DNA of 63,205 nt, filler included, from Pelomyxa schiedti (Eukaryota; Protista; Evosea), in assembly GCA_020536535.1 (NCBI GenBank). It is 10 parts of 10 records of this genome, joined end to end, with 100 filler letters (N's around TTAATTAATTAA, not from the genome) between each part and the next. Parts side by side here need not be neighbours in the genome. Positions count along the whole stretch, not along the records: positions 9,850 to 11,000 come from JAHLWZ010002762.1; positions 11,101 to 19,013 come from JAHLWZ010000677.1; positions 19,114 to 23,275 come from JAHLWZ010001630.1; 7 more parts are not named here. One strand, written 5' to 3'. The notes below the pieces were generated by a model. That model ran no database searches, had not been told where the DNA came from, and was given only the letters and a program-made list of their open reading frames with translations. Every line of letters begins with the position of its first letter. The first letter of the stretch is position 1. The translations under genes were made by a program, and so were the position numbers. Below, piece by piece: positions 9,750 through 20,727 of the stretch.

Positions 9750-9849
9750 NNNNNNNNNNNNNNNNNNNNNNNNNNNNNNNNNNNNNNNNNNNNTTAATTA
9801 ATTAANNNNNNNNNNNNNNNNNNNNNNNNNNNNNNNNNNNNNNNNNNNN

Positions 9850-10646
9850 CCGCCGCCGCCGCCGAATTGGGGGCCAGTGTGCACCACATTGCTTCGCATC
9901 TCGTCCCTCCACCTGCCGATGGTCCCCTCCCCCCACGCCCTCCCGCACTTCCCGCACCCACCCCAGCGCCTCCCCGTCGCCCCGGCCCCCTCCCCCTCCC
10001 CCTTCCCCTTCGCCTTCGCCTTCGCCTCGGCCTCCAGGCCCCCCAGTCCCACGCTGCTGCTGTCCAGATACAGGGCCTCGCCGCCCCACAGGGACTCAGC
10101 GCACGGGGCGGCCACGCCCAGCAGCCGGGACACCGGGGCGGCCACCTCCACGACGTCGATGTGCCGCAGGTCGTCTCGGCCTTGGCCTTGGCGGGCCGTG
10201 GCCAGGGCCAGCCGGAAGCCCCGGCGGGGGCTGCCCGAGCCCCAGCAGCAGATCGCCCACACGCCCTGCATGAGCGTGGCGTCGCCCGCGACGGATCGGG
10301 CGGGGCTCGCGGCCCCGCAGCGAGGCAGCGCCGCGGCGGCCAGGGCCAGCAGCTGGCCCCGCGCGTCGAGCGACACCGCGACCCGGCGCTGGTGGGGGTG
10401 GAGGTTGTTCGCCGTGTGAGAGGCTGCCGACGCCGACGGCGTCGATGTTAATGTCGCCGATGGCGGCGGTGGCGGCGGCGACGAATTCGACGATGGCGAT
10501 GTGGTCTCGCTGCGCGGTCGTTTTGTCGTGGAGGGGCGGGAGGCATTTGTTGCGACTTGTGCTTGGTGTGTCGATGTGGTGTTGGGCCTCTTTGGCCGAG
10601 AACTCCCATCGCTTGTTGTTGCTGGACTCGTGTCCTTGTCGGCCAT
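9850..10646 (-). CDS. HPRCG-box family protein, 5' part (3' end lost at contig edge)
   Basis: ATG at 10646; S/T/P-rich leader, then LDARGQLLALAAAALPRCGAASPARSVAGDATLMQGVW. Confidence 0.65.
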
Positions 10647-11799
10647 GACGCCTTTTTGTTCAAACGAAAATTCGAGTTTCCAAAACGTACATGAGAATGT
10701 GGGAATGGCAGTTCCCTGACAGATTAGGTTAGCTTGTTGAGGTGCATGAAAGGAAAAAAGTGGATACTAAGTTATTGGACAGCTCATGGTCGCTAGATGA
10801 ATACGACTTTTCTTCGAAGATGTGCTTGTGTCACGCCTTCTTGTGATCGATTGTTATTGTGTGGTGAATGTTACCTGAAAAAAAAAAAACAACCCTGAGA
10901 GCAATGGTGAGGTGGTGGATAGAGTGACGTGGAGGTTTACCCAGCTGGTCCAGTTTCGAGGGCTGGCCAGCGGGTTGACAAGGATCTCATTTCAGGTGAG
11001 NNNNNNNNNNNNNNNNNNNNNNNNNNNNNNNNNNNNNNNNNNNNTTAATTAATTAANNNNNNNNNNNNNNNNNNNNNNNNNNNNNNNNNNNNNNNNNNNN
11101 ATCATCCTCACTCCCGTCGTCGTACCCACCACCGCTCTCTCCCTCTGAGTCGTCGGCGTGGGTCTCCAGCTCCTCGCCGCCATCGGCATCTGACTACGAC
11201 TCCAAAACTGCTTGGTGGGCGAAGCGGTAGGCCGGTCTATGGCTCGCGTAAACCAGTGTCTGTGCAAGTGCTCGTTGTGTGTCGGCTTGGGATAACCTGA
11301 CTGTTGCGATACCGTGGTTCACACGTCCTTTGATCGCGAGACTGTTTGTTGTTGGTATTAATGCCCTGAAAGGGAAGGCACGTCACATGGTGACCCCTTG
11401 TTGACTCAAGTATTCCCTGACCTTTCCTCGAGGGGTTGTCGCTGGGAGGCCCCCCTTGTTGTGTCCATTTGTGTGTTGAAATCTTCCGGTTGTTGTTGTG
11501 TTTAAACGTGTGGTGTTGACCTCTTTGCTTTGTTTGTTTTTTGAATCTTTGTGTTTATGCAGGGGAACTACTACTACATGCCATCCCGCAACACTTTGAG
11601 TTCTAATTAATTAAAAACAAGAACAAAGTCCACAATGTTTGAGGATAAAAATGTACAGAATAATCTTCTTCAAAAAAAAAGGCCTGTTCCCGTGAGAGCG
11701 AGTTTATTTTAGTTCTCTTACTGATCAAATCAAATCAGGTGTGAAGGTGACAGTGTTGTGTTACTTATAACCACCCTGATTCCATGGAATTCTCACAGA

Positions 11800-12650
11800 C
11801 ATTGAACTCCTGAGGGTTGGTGTTTCCAGGAGTGACTTGCTTCAGCCTCCCAATTGGCAAGAGTTATCCCAACTGACCTGTGTTGAAGTGAGATGATGAA
11901 AGAACTTAAGAGGATACCTTAAGGAGATTCCAACAGACAGAGCAGAGCACCGGTTGTCCCCAAAGCAAGCAGATGAATAACCGCCTTTATTGCCGCAACA
12001 ATAGTGTTAAGGTGATACCAGCAAGATTTGAATCATGGATGTGATCACAAAATCATCAGCAGTGTGATGCTTTAATAAAGCTGTAAATGAAATGCAAAGA
12101 GAAATTTGGATTGACACCCGAGGGAAAGAAGTCGGATGAGATGCGGAAATCATCTGAAGTAATACACATAAAATCTATGCTCTGAAATTCATAAAGGGAA
12201 TTAATTGCTCAAATTGCTCAACGTTCTTCTGAATCCCTTGATAAATATCGAGAGCATCAGTCAGATATCTATCTGAAGGGGGTTATCTCACAATATTCTA
12301 TCTGCTGCAATCGCTCGGTAGAACCTATTGCCAAGTTAGGCATGTAATCTCTGATAATAGGAATGTTGAACTCTCTTGTTTTGTTTGCAAGCCACAGCAA
12401 AGAGGAAGAGAAAACTGGTCAAACCCCAACAAGACACAGCAGCACCAAACAGCCAACCAATTGAGTGCTCTTAATGCTGCCAAAGCTTGCGTTGATTGTG
12501 CAAAAACTGGTCATAAAACATAAAGTTCTATCTGCCTTAGCTTCTGCGTCGCGGCAAACTGGTCTAAAAGCAACACAACTTGGTGGGTTAGGATGATGAT
12601 GAGTGTTAGTAGAGTTTATTCTGCCAAAGCTATCTCATCCCTTTGAGTGG
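11800..12650 (+). pseudogene. Possible decayed transposon/gag-like relic with a CCHC-knuckle remnant
   Basis: One frame reads as protein-like text broken by many stops and includes KACVDCAKTGHKT*SSIC at about 12482-12535; no intact ORF. Confidence 0.3.
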
Positions 12651-12803
12651 CTGCCCCATGAGAATGATGATGCCCACAGTGTCCCACACAGCCCAAGCCA
12701 ACAACAGCAGCAGAAGCAGAGGCAGATGATGATGTGATGCCCATGGCTGGTTGGTCACGGTGACTGATTGAGAGACTCCACGTTCATGTCCAAAGCCAAA
12801 TGA

Positions 12804-14954
12804 TTGACAGAAGCATCCAGTGCGCCAACAGCCACACAGTAATGATAGGGCAGGTGGGTGGCTCGTTGAGCCACGGCAACTGCACACTCAATAGCAGGGT
12901 GGAACGGGTGGCACCAGTGAGAGGCTGCTGCCAAACCTTTTGCTTTGCCCACTACTTGTGCAACTCCCACTCACTCCCCAAGACACACCCCCCCACAGAC
13001 AAGCAACCCACCCATCCACATCCACTACTACTGTGTGTTGCCTGTTATTTGTTTTTTAGTTGTTTTTTTTCTCCTTTTACAGCAAAGGACAGAAGAAAAA
13101 AGGCGCAGAAAAAAAGGCACAAGCCAAAGAAAAAAAAAAGCGTAAATTTACACACGGGTGGGCTGTGAGGAGGGGGAGGAGGAAACTAGTCCCACAATTG
13201 ACTCACACATGGGGTTTCCGGGCCAGCACAGGCAGTGTGGTGCGCGAGTGTTGATGGCGTTTTAGGTTTTGTGTCGTTTCCAGGAAAACGAAGGGGGTAT
13301 CAAGAGGACTGGTCGTCGTTGTTTTTTTCCCATGGAGCGAGGAAAAGAGGGGTTGTGTACCACAACCCCAAACACGCTCTTAATTGAACAAAGCTAATCT
13401 TGAGATCTGGTGTTTTTCTCTGATTGTTCTGGTAGTTGGCTCCCTCTTTTCCCTTGGAAATCAAAGACAACATGGGGCAACAACTGTCGCTGTTGACAAC
13501 AACAGACACGGCAACTCAAAATGAGATCCAAACGACACCCACGACTACGACGACGTCAGCCAAGTCGCAAGCGATGGCGGTGTGCTCGTGCAGCGTGGCG
13601 AGGTGCTCCCAAAACTGCTGCCCCTCAATGCGATTGTGGGTGCAATCAACGAGCGTCGTGAGGCAGTTTGCCCGCGAGTGGGTCCTCAGGCCCGAGCGGG
13701 ACGCCGTGTTCGCGCTGCCCAAGTGGCTCGGCAGGATTGTGGGACCACCACTCTGGCTCCCACAATTCACTCTCTCCCAAAGTGCAACACAACCAATACC
13801 ACCGAGGCTATGGCAGCTGTTTCTGAGTGTGAGTGTGTCACCAACACTTGGTGTTGTTGGATGGTCACTGTTCAGGTTCGACGACTCTGTTGTGTTTGGG
13901 TGTGTGGCAACAAACAGGGTTCTCANNNNNNNNNNNNNNNNNNNNNNNNNNNNNNNNNNNNNNNNNNNNNNNNNNNNNNNNNNNNNNNNNNNNNNNNNNN
14001 NNNNNNNNNNNNNNNNNNNNNNNNNTTGACAGAAGCATCCAGTGCGCCAACAGCCACACAGTAATGATAGGGCAGGTGGGTGGCTCGTTGAGCCACGGCA
14101 ACTGCACACTCAATAGCAGGGTGGAACGGGTGGCACCAGTGAGAGGTTGCTGCCAAACCTTTTGCTTTGCCCACTACTTGTGCAACTCCCACTCACTCCT
14201 CAAGACACACCCCCCACAGACAAGCAACCCACCCATCCACATCCACTACTACTCTGTGTTGCCTTTTATTTGTTTTTTAGTTGTTTTTTTTCTCCTTTTA
14301 TACAGCAAAGGACAGAAGCCAAAGAAAAAAAAAAAAAAGCGTCAATTTGGACACACGGGTGGGCTGTGAGGAGGGGGAGGAGGAAACTAGTCCCACAATT
14401 GACTCACACATGGGGGTTTCCGGGCCAGCACAGTGCGATGCGCAAGTGTTGATGGTGTTTTAGGTTTTGTGTCGTTTCCAGGAAAACGTAACCAACGAAG
14501 GGGGAGGACTGAACTCGTCGTTGTTTTTTTCCCATGGAGGGAGGAAAAGAGGGGTTGTGTACCACAACCCCAAACACGCTCTTAATTGAACAAAGCTAAT
14601 CTTGGGATCTGGTGTTTCTCTCTGATTGTTCTGGTAGTTGGCTCCCTCTTTTCCTCCCTTGGAAATCAAAGACAACATGGCAACAACTGTCGCTGTTGAC
14701 AACAACAGACACGGCAACTCAAAATGAGATCCAAACGACTCGCGCTGCCCAAGTGGCTCGGCAGGATTGTGGGACCACCACTCTGGCTCCCACAATTCAC
14801 TCTTTCCCAAAGTGCAACACAACCAATACCACCCAGGCTATGGCAGCTGTTTCTGAGTGTGAGTGTGTCACCAACACTTGGTGTTGTTGGATGGTCACTG
14901 TTCAGGTTCGACGACTCTGTTGTGTTTGGGTGTGTGGCAACAAACAGGGTTCTC
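12804..14954. repeat. Imperfect tandem duplication across a 100-N gap (copy A 12804-13925, copy B 14026-14954)
   Basis: Both copies start ttgacagaagcatccagtgcgcc and run to aacagggttctca. Copy B has substitutions, small indels and a deletion of about 173 bp. Confidence 0.9.
13472..13925 (+). CDS. HPRCG-box family protein, copy A (partial; runs into gap)
   Basis: MGQQLS start (possible myristoylation motif), then AKSQAMAVCSCSVARCSQNCCPSMRLWVQSTSVVRQFAREWVL and LSVSVSPTLGVV. Confidence 0.6.
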
Positions 14955-15845
14955 ATCACCCACAGCTTCTCGCACATGAATCCTGACCTGTGGGTGGTGG
15001 ATGTGTCGGAAGTGGATGACGCTGGTGTGTGCGACTCGGCCACGTCGGCGAGGGTTGTGTGGGCGGCGGGCCTTGACATCGGCACGGTGTCTCATGCGTG
15101 CGGCAACAGGAAGTGGATTGTGGTGCTGCTTTCGGGCAACAGTGAAATGCAAGTGTGGAAGGTTGGGGGTGACGGAACACCAGTGCCGCCGGGTGTGATC
15201 CTCTCTGGGTCGCTGGGATCCCCAGCTCTGCGGGATTTGGAGTTCTCACCCTCGTGTGATGACTCTCTCCTGGTGTATTGTGAGGAGCAAACACCAATCC
15301 AAGTAGTTGATTTGGCTGCCAGCTTCGCCTCGGGTTCATTGATTATCCGTGATACACTCGTTTGCAGCAACCCCCCGTATAGGGGGCGGGTGGTGTGGCT
15401 GCCTGATGGGCGCCTGTGTTCGTTGGTTTGCAGCAACCAGTCATTCCACATTGTGAATGAGGAAGATCAGCGGCATCTGAAGAAGGATTGGTTCCAAGAA
15501 GAGGGAAATCAAGTGTGGGCAATCAGCAAGAATCACGTCTTAACGCAATCTAAGCTCTCATCCTCCGGCAGTGACTCGTTCCAGTTCAAGGTGTTTCACA
15601 CTGGCGACCTCATGGCACCACCAATACTTTGCATTGGCCCTTGCACGTGGTCATCTCCATGCGGAATCAATCGATCAGGGCTCATTCTTTCAACCACTCA
15701 TGACTTGAAATCCTGCAAAACACCATGTGTAGTGTTTTCACTTCATGATGGCATCAGCACTTTTCACTTGGGGGATTTTGCTGTGCCTCATCAGTTCTTG
15801 AAAAGAAACAACTCTGATAATCATCATTTCTTTTTTCAACCATAG
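14724..15845 (+). CDS. Intronless 373-aa beta-rich protein of the same family (copy B), lacking the N-terminal box
   Basis: Open frame with VSVSPTLGVV, CGNRKWIVV and IQVVDLAASFASGSL motifs shared with the 16090 and 17517 proteins; predicted beta-propeller-like by strand pattern only. Confidence 0.7.
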   Translation: MRSKRLALPKWLGRIVGPPLWLPQFTLSQSATQPIPPRLWQLFLSVSVSPTLGVVGWSLFRFDDSVVFGCVATNRVLITHSFSHMNPDLWVVDVSEVDDAGVCDSATSARVVWAAGLDIGTVSHACGNRKWIVVLLSGNSEMQVWKVGGDGTPVPPGVILSGSLGSPALRDLEFSPSCDDSLLVYCEEQTPIQVVDLAASFASGSLIIRDTLVCSNPPYRGRVVWLPDGRLCSLVCSNQSFHIVNEEDQRHLKKDWFQEEGNQVWAISKNHVLTQSKLSSSGSDSFQFKVFHTGDLMAPPILCIGPCTWSSPCGINRSGLILSTTHDLKSCKTPCVVFSLHDGISTFHLGDFAVPHQFLKRNNSDNHHFFFQP

Positions 15846-16089
15846 ATTGGTGTAAATTGTCTGATTGGTCACTGTGAAACATCTGTGTACTTCCAGACTG
15901 TAGGTTGACTTTAGTTTGAGAAAACTTTGGTTCTCAGTCTTTCCTCAGCACCAAAGTTTTCTAACCTACGGGATTGGAGAGACTGAGGACTGAGCCGAAT
16001 CTTCCTCTGTGGGACTTATTCTCGAGCCCACAGAAGCTGACACATCGAAGGTCTGAATCCTGGGAAGCGGAGATGCCACTGTTAGAGTG

Positions 16090-17325
16090 TCACCAGAAAG
16101 GAAGGTAGTGCTGACCATGGCCAGTGATGTCCTGGCCCTTGACTGATCGCACTGTGAGAATGATGACTCCTGAGGATGCGTCAATCACATCAAGCGTGGA
16201 TGCATTTGCAACAACAATGAAGTCACCACATGGTCCAACACATGCATGGGGGGTCGCGTGGACGATGGTGTGTGGTGCTGACAGGTCTGCTGGGTTCCAC
16301 ACTTCTACAAGCCCAGTGCTTGGGTGTTGTACAACGAGAAATGAGTTGAGAACACATAACTGATCGCTGGTTTCTGTTTTTGGGAAGTGATGCATGACAC
16401 CTGACCTGTCTGCTGTGAACAACGATGCCCGCTGTGAATTCAACCTCCTCCTGATGCCAAACACCACGGGGACTTTCCAGCAACAAGAAACTTTGTTCGG
16501 GTAGAACCGTGAGTTCCCCTCAGGCTGTGGAACAACAATGGAGTCAACAACCACCCAGTTGCCGCTCTCAAATGACTTCTCCACATCAATCAGCTGGACC
16601 TGCAGTGCATTGTAACCACAGAGCACCAGTGACAACAAGTTTCTCCCAACGAACCACTCCCTCCTCAGAAGTACTGTTGGGTTCTTTCCAACAACTGGCA
16701 CCTTTCCAACAACCGGCACCATCCTCTGAACCACAGCACCACCCTTCTGATTCAAATCCAGCCGTGCCACCCCATCCCTCACTGACCTTATAACAGCCCA
16801 GTTCCCATTGCTCACAACTCTTCCCGCACCAGTTGGTGCCTCCAACTCCACACTGTCACCACTCATTGTGTCAGTTACAGCAGCTTTAGTGCCCCCCTCA
16901 GTATGCTGCACGAACCTGGTCATGTCCAGGGGCCCAAAAACATCACCAATGCACTCCCTTGGAACACCAATGACTCCAAGTGTGCTCGCAGAAACACCGA
17001 ACACGAACGACCCATGATGGGGTTCTTCTTGCGGGTAGCTCAGATTCACCATGGTGATCACCACAACGAATACTGCGGGGGCAGTTGCATTGGCGTCATC
17101 GCTGCCAAAATAGCCCTCGTGGGACAGCGGTGAGCCGTCGCCTGAGTGGGTCCCACCGCGCATCCAGCGAATGCCTATTATGGGAATGAGGGCGGGGCAG
17201 TCGCGGCCGAGGATCGACAGGGAACTGGTGTCACCGCCACAACGAGGGTGAGTGGCTCCCAACACGAACGCGAGTGCCTGTTTGCGCCACGACACCCTCA
17301 CCCGAAATTCCCACATCTTGTTCAT
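16090..17325 (-). CDS. Intronless HPRCG-box family protein (tandem paralogue 1)
   Basis: ATG at 17325; WRKQALAFVLGATHPRCGGDTSSLSILGRDCPALIPII, then FGVSASTLGV, VSNGNWAV and VQLIDVEKSFESG. Confidence 0.8.
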   Translation of the reverse strand: MNKMWEFRVRVSWRKQALAFVLGATHPRCGGDTSSLSILGRDCPALIPIIGIRWMRGGTHSGDGSPLSHEGYFGSDDANATAPAVFVVVITMVNLSYPQEEPHHGSFVFGVSASTLGVIGVPRECIGDVFGPLDMTRFVQHTEGGTKAAVTDTMSGDSVELEAPTGAGRVVSNGNWAVIRSVRDGVARLDLNQKGGAVVQRMVPVVGKVPVVGKNPTVLLRREWFVGRNLLSLVLCGYNALQVQLIDVEKSFESGNWVVVDSIVVPQPEGNSRFYPNKVSCCWKVPVVFGIRRRLNSQRASLFTADRSGVMHHFPKTETSDQLCVLNSFLVVQHPSTGLVEVWNPADLSAPHTIVHATPHACVGPCGDFIVVANASTLDVIDASSGVIILTVRSVKGQDITGHGQHYLPFW

Positions 17326-17516
17326 CAATACTTTCTCACAAGTTGGTACAGGGCAATTGTGATGCGACGTCGTGTTATCGATTCAACCGAATGCGACTCG
17401 GAGCCACGACGTGCATTCCCATAATAATAGTACACAAGCGAACTCTCTGTGAGCACGAGCACAAACCATTGAGGAGGAAAGGAATGTTATGTGGAAGAAA
17501 AAGGGGTCTTGGAGTC

Positions 17517-18737
17517 TCACCAGAAAGGAAGGTAGTGCTGACCATGGCCAGTGATGTCCTGGCCCTTGACTGATCGCACTGTGAGAATGATGACTCCTGA
17601 GGACGCGTCAATCACATCAAGTGTGGATGCATTTGCAACAACAATGAAGTCACCACATGGTCCAACAAGTGCATGGGGGGTTGTGTGGATGGCAGTGTGT
17701 GGTGCTGACAGGTCAATTGGGTTCCACACTTCTACAAGCCCAGTGCTTGGGTGTTGTACAACGAGAAATGAGTTGAGAACACAGAACCGATCACCGGTTT
17801 CTGTTTTTGGAAAGTGATGCATGACACCTGACCTGTCTGCTGTGAACAGTGATGCCTCCTGTGAATTCAACCTCCTCCTGATGCCAAACACCACGGGGAC
17901 TTTCCAGAAGCAAGAGACTTCATTTGGGTAGAACTGTGAGTTCCCCTCAGGCTGTGGAACAACAATGGAGTCAACAACCACCCAGGTACCTCTCTCAAAT
18001 GACTTCTCCACATCAATCAGCTGGGCCTGCAGTGCATTGTAACCACAGCGCACCAGTGACAGCAAGTTTCTCCCAACGAACCACTCCCTCCTCAGAAGTA
18101 CTGTTGGGGTCTTTTCACCAACTGGCACGAGTCTCTGAACCACAGCACCACCCTTCTGATTCAAATCCAGACATGCCACCCCATCCCTCATTGAGCTGAT
18201 AACAGCCCAGTGCCCATTGCTCACAGCTCTGCACACACCAGGTGGTGCCTCCAACTCTACACTGTCACCACTCATTGAGTCAGTGACAGCAGCTCTTCTG
18301 CCCCCCTCTGTATACCGTAAGAACCTGGTCATGTCCAGGGGCCCAAAAACATCACCAATGCACTCCCTTGGAACACCAATGACTCCAAGTGTGTTTGCAG
18401 AAACACCAAACACGAACGACCCATGATGGGGTTCTTCTTGCGGGTAGCTCAGGTTCACCATGGTGATCACCACAACGAATACTGCGGGGGCAGTTGCATT
18501 GGCGTCATCGTCGCCAAAATAGACCTCGTGGGACAACGGCGAGCCGTCGCCCGAGTGGGTTCCGCCGCGACCGGCGCCGCGCATCGCGATTATGGGAATG
18601 AGGGCGGGGCAACCGCGGCCGAGGATCGACAGGGAACTGGTGTCACCGCCACAACGAGGGTGAGTGGCTCCCACCACGAACGCGAGTGCCTGTTGGTGCC
18701 ACGACACCCTCACCAGAGGTTCCCAGATATTGTTCAT
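17517..18737 (-). CDS. Intronless HPRCG-box family protein (tandem paralogue 2)
   Basis: ATG at 18737; colinear and highly similar to 16090-17325, with an identical C-terminus ...GHGQHYLPFW. Confidence 0.8.
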   Translation of the reverse strand: MNNIWEPLVRVSWHQQALAFVVGATHPRCGGDTSSLSILGRGCPALIPIIAMRGAGRGGTHSGDGSPLSHEVYFGDDDANATAPAVFVVVITMVNLSYPQEEPHHGSFVFGVSANTLGVIGVPRECIGDVFGPLDMTRFLRYTEGGRRAAVTDSMSGDSVELEAPPGVCRAVSNGHWAVISSMRDGVACLDLNQKGGAVVQRLVPVGEKTPTVLLRREWFVGRNLLSLVRCGYNALQAQLIDVEKSFERGTWVVVDSIVVPQPEGNSQFYPNEVSCFWKVPVVFGIRRRLNSQEASLFTADRSGVMHHFPKTETGDRFCVLNSFLVVQHPSTGLVEVWNPIDLSAPHTAIHTTPHALVGPCGDFIVVANASTLDVIDASSGVIILTVRSVKGQDITGHGQHYLPFW

Positions 18738-18792
18738 CAATAATTTTTTCGCTTCCTTTCGAAGAAAACTTCAAACCGACATCAAAATCGCG

Positions 18793-19013
18793 ATGTTCGA
18801 CGTTAACGTGGAAGTTTGTGAGGACTACACCGACTCGGACAGTGACGATCCGGCCGAGGTCGTCAGGAAGTGGCGGAGCGAAAACGAACACGAGGGAACT
18901 TGCATTCCCATAATCCCCATCCTGGCCCGAGACCAGTTCCTCGCCTTCGCGATGGCCTCCCACCCTCGGTGCGGCTCGCTCACGGCGATCGCCGCAGTCG
19001 CCCGGCCGTCGCC
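18793..19013 (+). CDS. HPRCG-box family protein, 5' fragment
   Basis: ATG at 18793; acidic leader, then ILARDQFLAFAMASHPRCGSLTAIAAVARPS; cut by contig end. Confidence 0.7.
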
Positions 19014-19113
19014 NNNNNNNNNNNNNNNNNNNNNNNNNNNNNNNNNNNNNNNNNNNNTTAATTAATTAANNNNNNNNNNNNNNNNNNNNNNNNNNNNNNN
19101 NNNNNNNNNNNNN

Positions 19114-19523
19114 CCGTCCTCGTTCTCAGTTGGTTTGCCCCGTTCGGCGGAATCAACATCACCATCGCCAGTATGTTTTGCGTTGAGTGTAACAGCGAGC
19201 CTGGTCGCGCACGCACAGATGAACTCCCACACAATCCTCATTGCCTTCACTCTTGCTTTCGATGTGGAAGAACAACAAGAATCAAAGTCCTTGGATTCGA
19301 GTATACAACAAACAACTGGCTCTGAAAGTGACCGCGCGGGGCCGCAATGAGCACCGCAGCTACATCGCTTATGGGAGTACATCAACGGCGCCAGGAACTG
19401 CTCACGTGCTTCGCAGTAAGTGATTCCAAATGACGTCGTTCCTCCTCTCCCCGATCCACAGTGTGTTGTTGTCCCACAACTGTTTCCCGTCACACCACGA
19501 CTCGTTGCTTGATGGGCGTCCAT
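19114..19523 (-). CDS. HPRCG-box family protein, 5' fragment
   Basis: ATG at 19523 (MDAHQ...); CEAREQFLAPLMYSHKRCSCGAHCGPARSLSEPVV...RIVWEF. Confidence 0.6.
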
Positions 19524-19586
19524 CTTCGTGATTTTGAAATCAACTTCAGGGAATTCGCTGAAGTTGATTTCAAAATCACGAAGATG
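19521..19586. repeat. 66-bp near-perfect palindrome (29-bp arms around gGAATTCg)
   Basis: catcttcgtgattttgaaatcaacttcag-ggaattcg-ctgaagttgatttcaaaatcacgaagatg; a single G/G mismatch. Confidence 0.97.
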
Positions 19587-20525
19587 CGAAAACAAGCCCC
19601 TTCCTGTTGCGCTCCAGAGCCAAACACCACGGCCGTTTATCCTCGTGCTTGCTCCAGTTGGCAAACGTGACACAGAACAGTGAAGAGTTCACGAGTGACA
19701 GATGATTCTCATTTGCCATGTTGAGCACAAGTTTGGCACAACCTCGCACCCTCCTCATGCATTTTGACACAATGAGTTGGGGCTTTCCACTCAGGATAAG
19801 ACTCTGAGTTGAGCTCAGAACGGTGTATGTATGTCTGTTGTATGTCTGAGCCACATCAACCAGTTCAACCACAGTGTAGAATAAGTGCCACATTCAGAAC
19901 CACAGTGGTTATGGTTGAGCTGTTGAGCACTTCCCCACTTGCAATGCAACACCGCTGCACAGGCCTCAGTGTCACCTCCCCTCCCCCATGTGCCATTTGA
20001 ACAGGGAAATCCTAAAAGGGAGAAACATCTTCTCCACACAAAAGTGTGCGAACAACGTGAGCCACTTTTGTGTGGTTTCCCCTTTTTCTTTTTCTCTGGG
20101 CAGCAGCCACCTTGGGCTTCCCCACACATAAAAACACAACTGCACACAACATGATGGCAAGATAAAATGGAAATAAAGTGTTTATTTTTGTTGTTTCTTC
20201 TGTTTGTTCTCCACAGCACCATTCCAACACACATTCAAGACCCCATTCTCACATTTGGTTGGACAGTCCCACAAGTGTGATTCAGCAAGGATGGTCCCAA
20301 AGCTTGAAACCAATTTCCTTTCATTTTTTATGAAAGGTGTCCAAATGAAGTGTGTTTTTTGGATAGAAAATCTAAGTTTTGGCTCAAGTGGTAATGTGTG
20401 ACACATTACATGTTGTAGCCAGTCCAAAAGGAGCAACTTGGGTGAACAGCACCATTTTGATACACATTGCAGCCTCCCACAATTGTATGGTCGTTACCTC
20501 TGTGCTTTTCTCACTTGGCCTCATG
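19576..20525 (-). pseudogene. Probable decayed or truncated member of the beta-rich family
   Basis: Fragment VELVDVAQTYNRHTYTVLSST resembles VQLIDVEKSFESGNWVVVDS of the intact paralogues; upstream frames are interrupted by stops; the reading frame ends inside the palindrome. Confidence 0.35.
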
Positions 20526-20727
20526 TCCCTGCCGTCGCCGACACGGTGATGCCACCGGCATGGTCTCACCCTTAAAACTTTTAAACTCCACACCTTAAAA
20601 TCGCGATCACAACGTGGCGGAGACTCCACAAGTGAGATAAAAATTGGTCTTATCCCCGGAGGAGGGTTGAAGGTACTGGCAGTTGTAGCTGGCATTCAAG
20701 GAAACGTACGTTGGAACCAAAAATTTG

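Noticed and set aside
11890-12160. Possible C/D-box snoRNAs (ATGATGA ... CTGA)
   Set aside because: No convincing terminal stem, box spacing or rRNA-complementary guide could be identified by eye.
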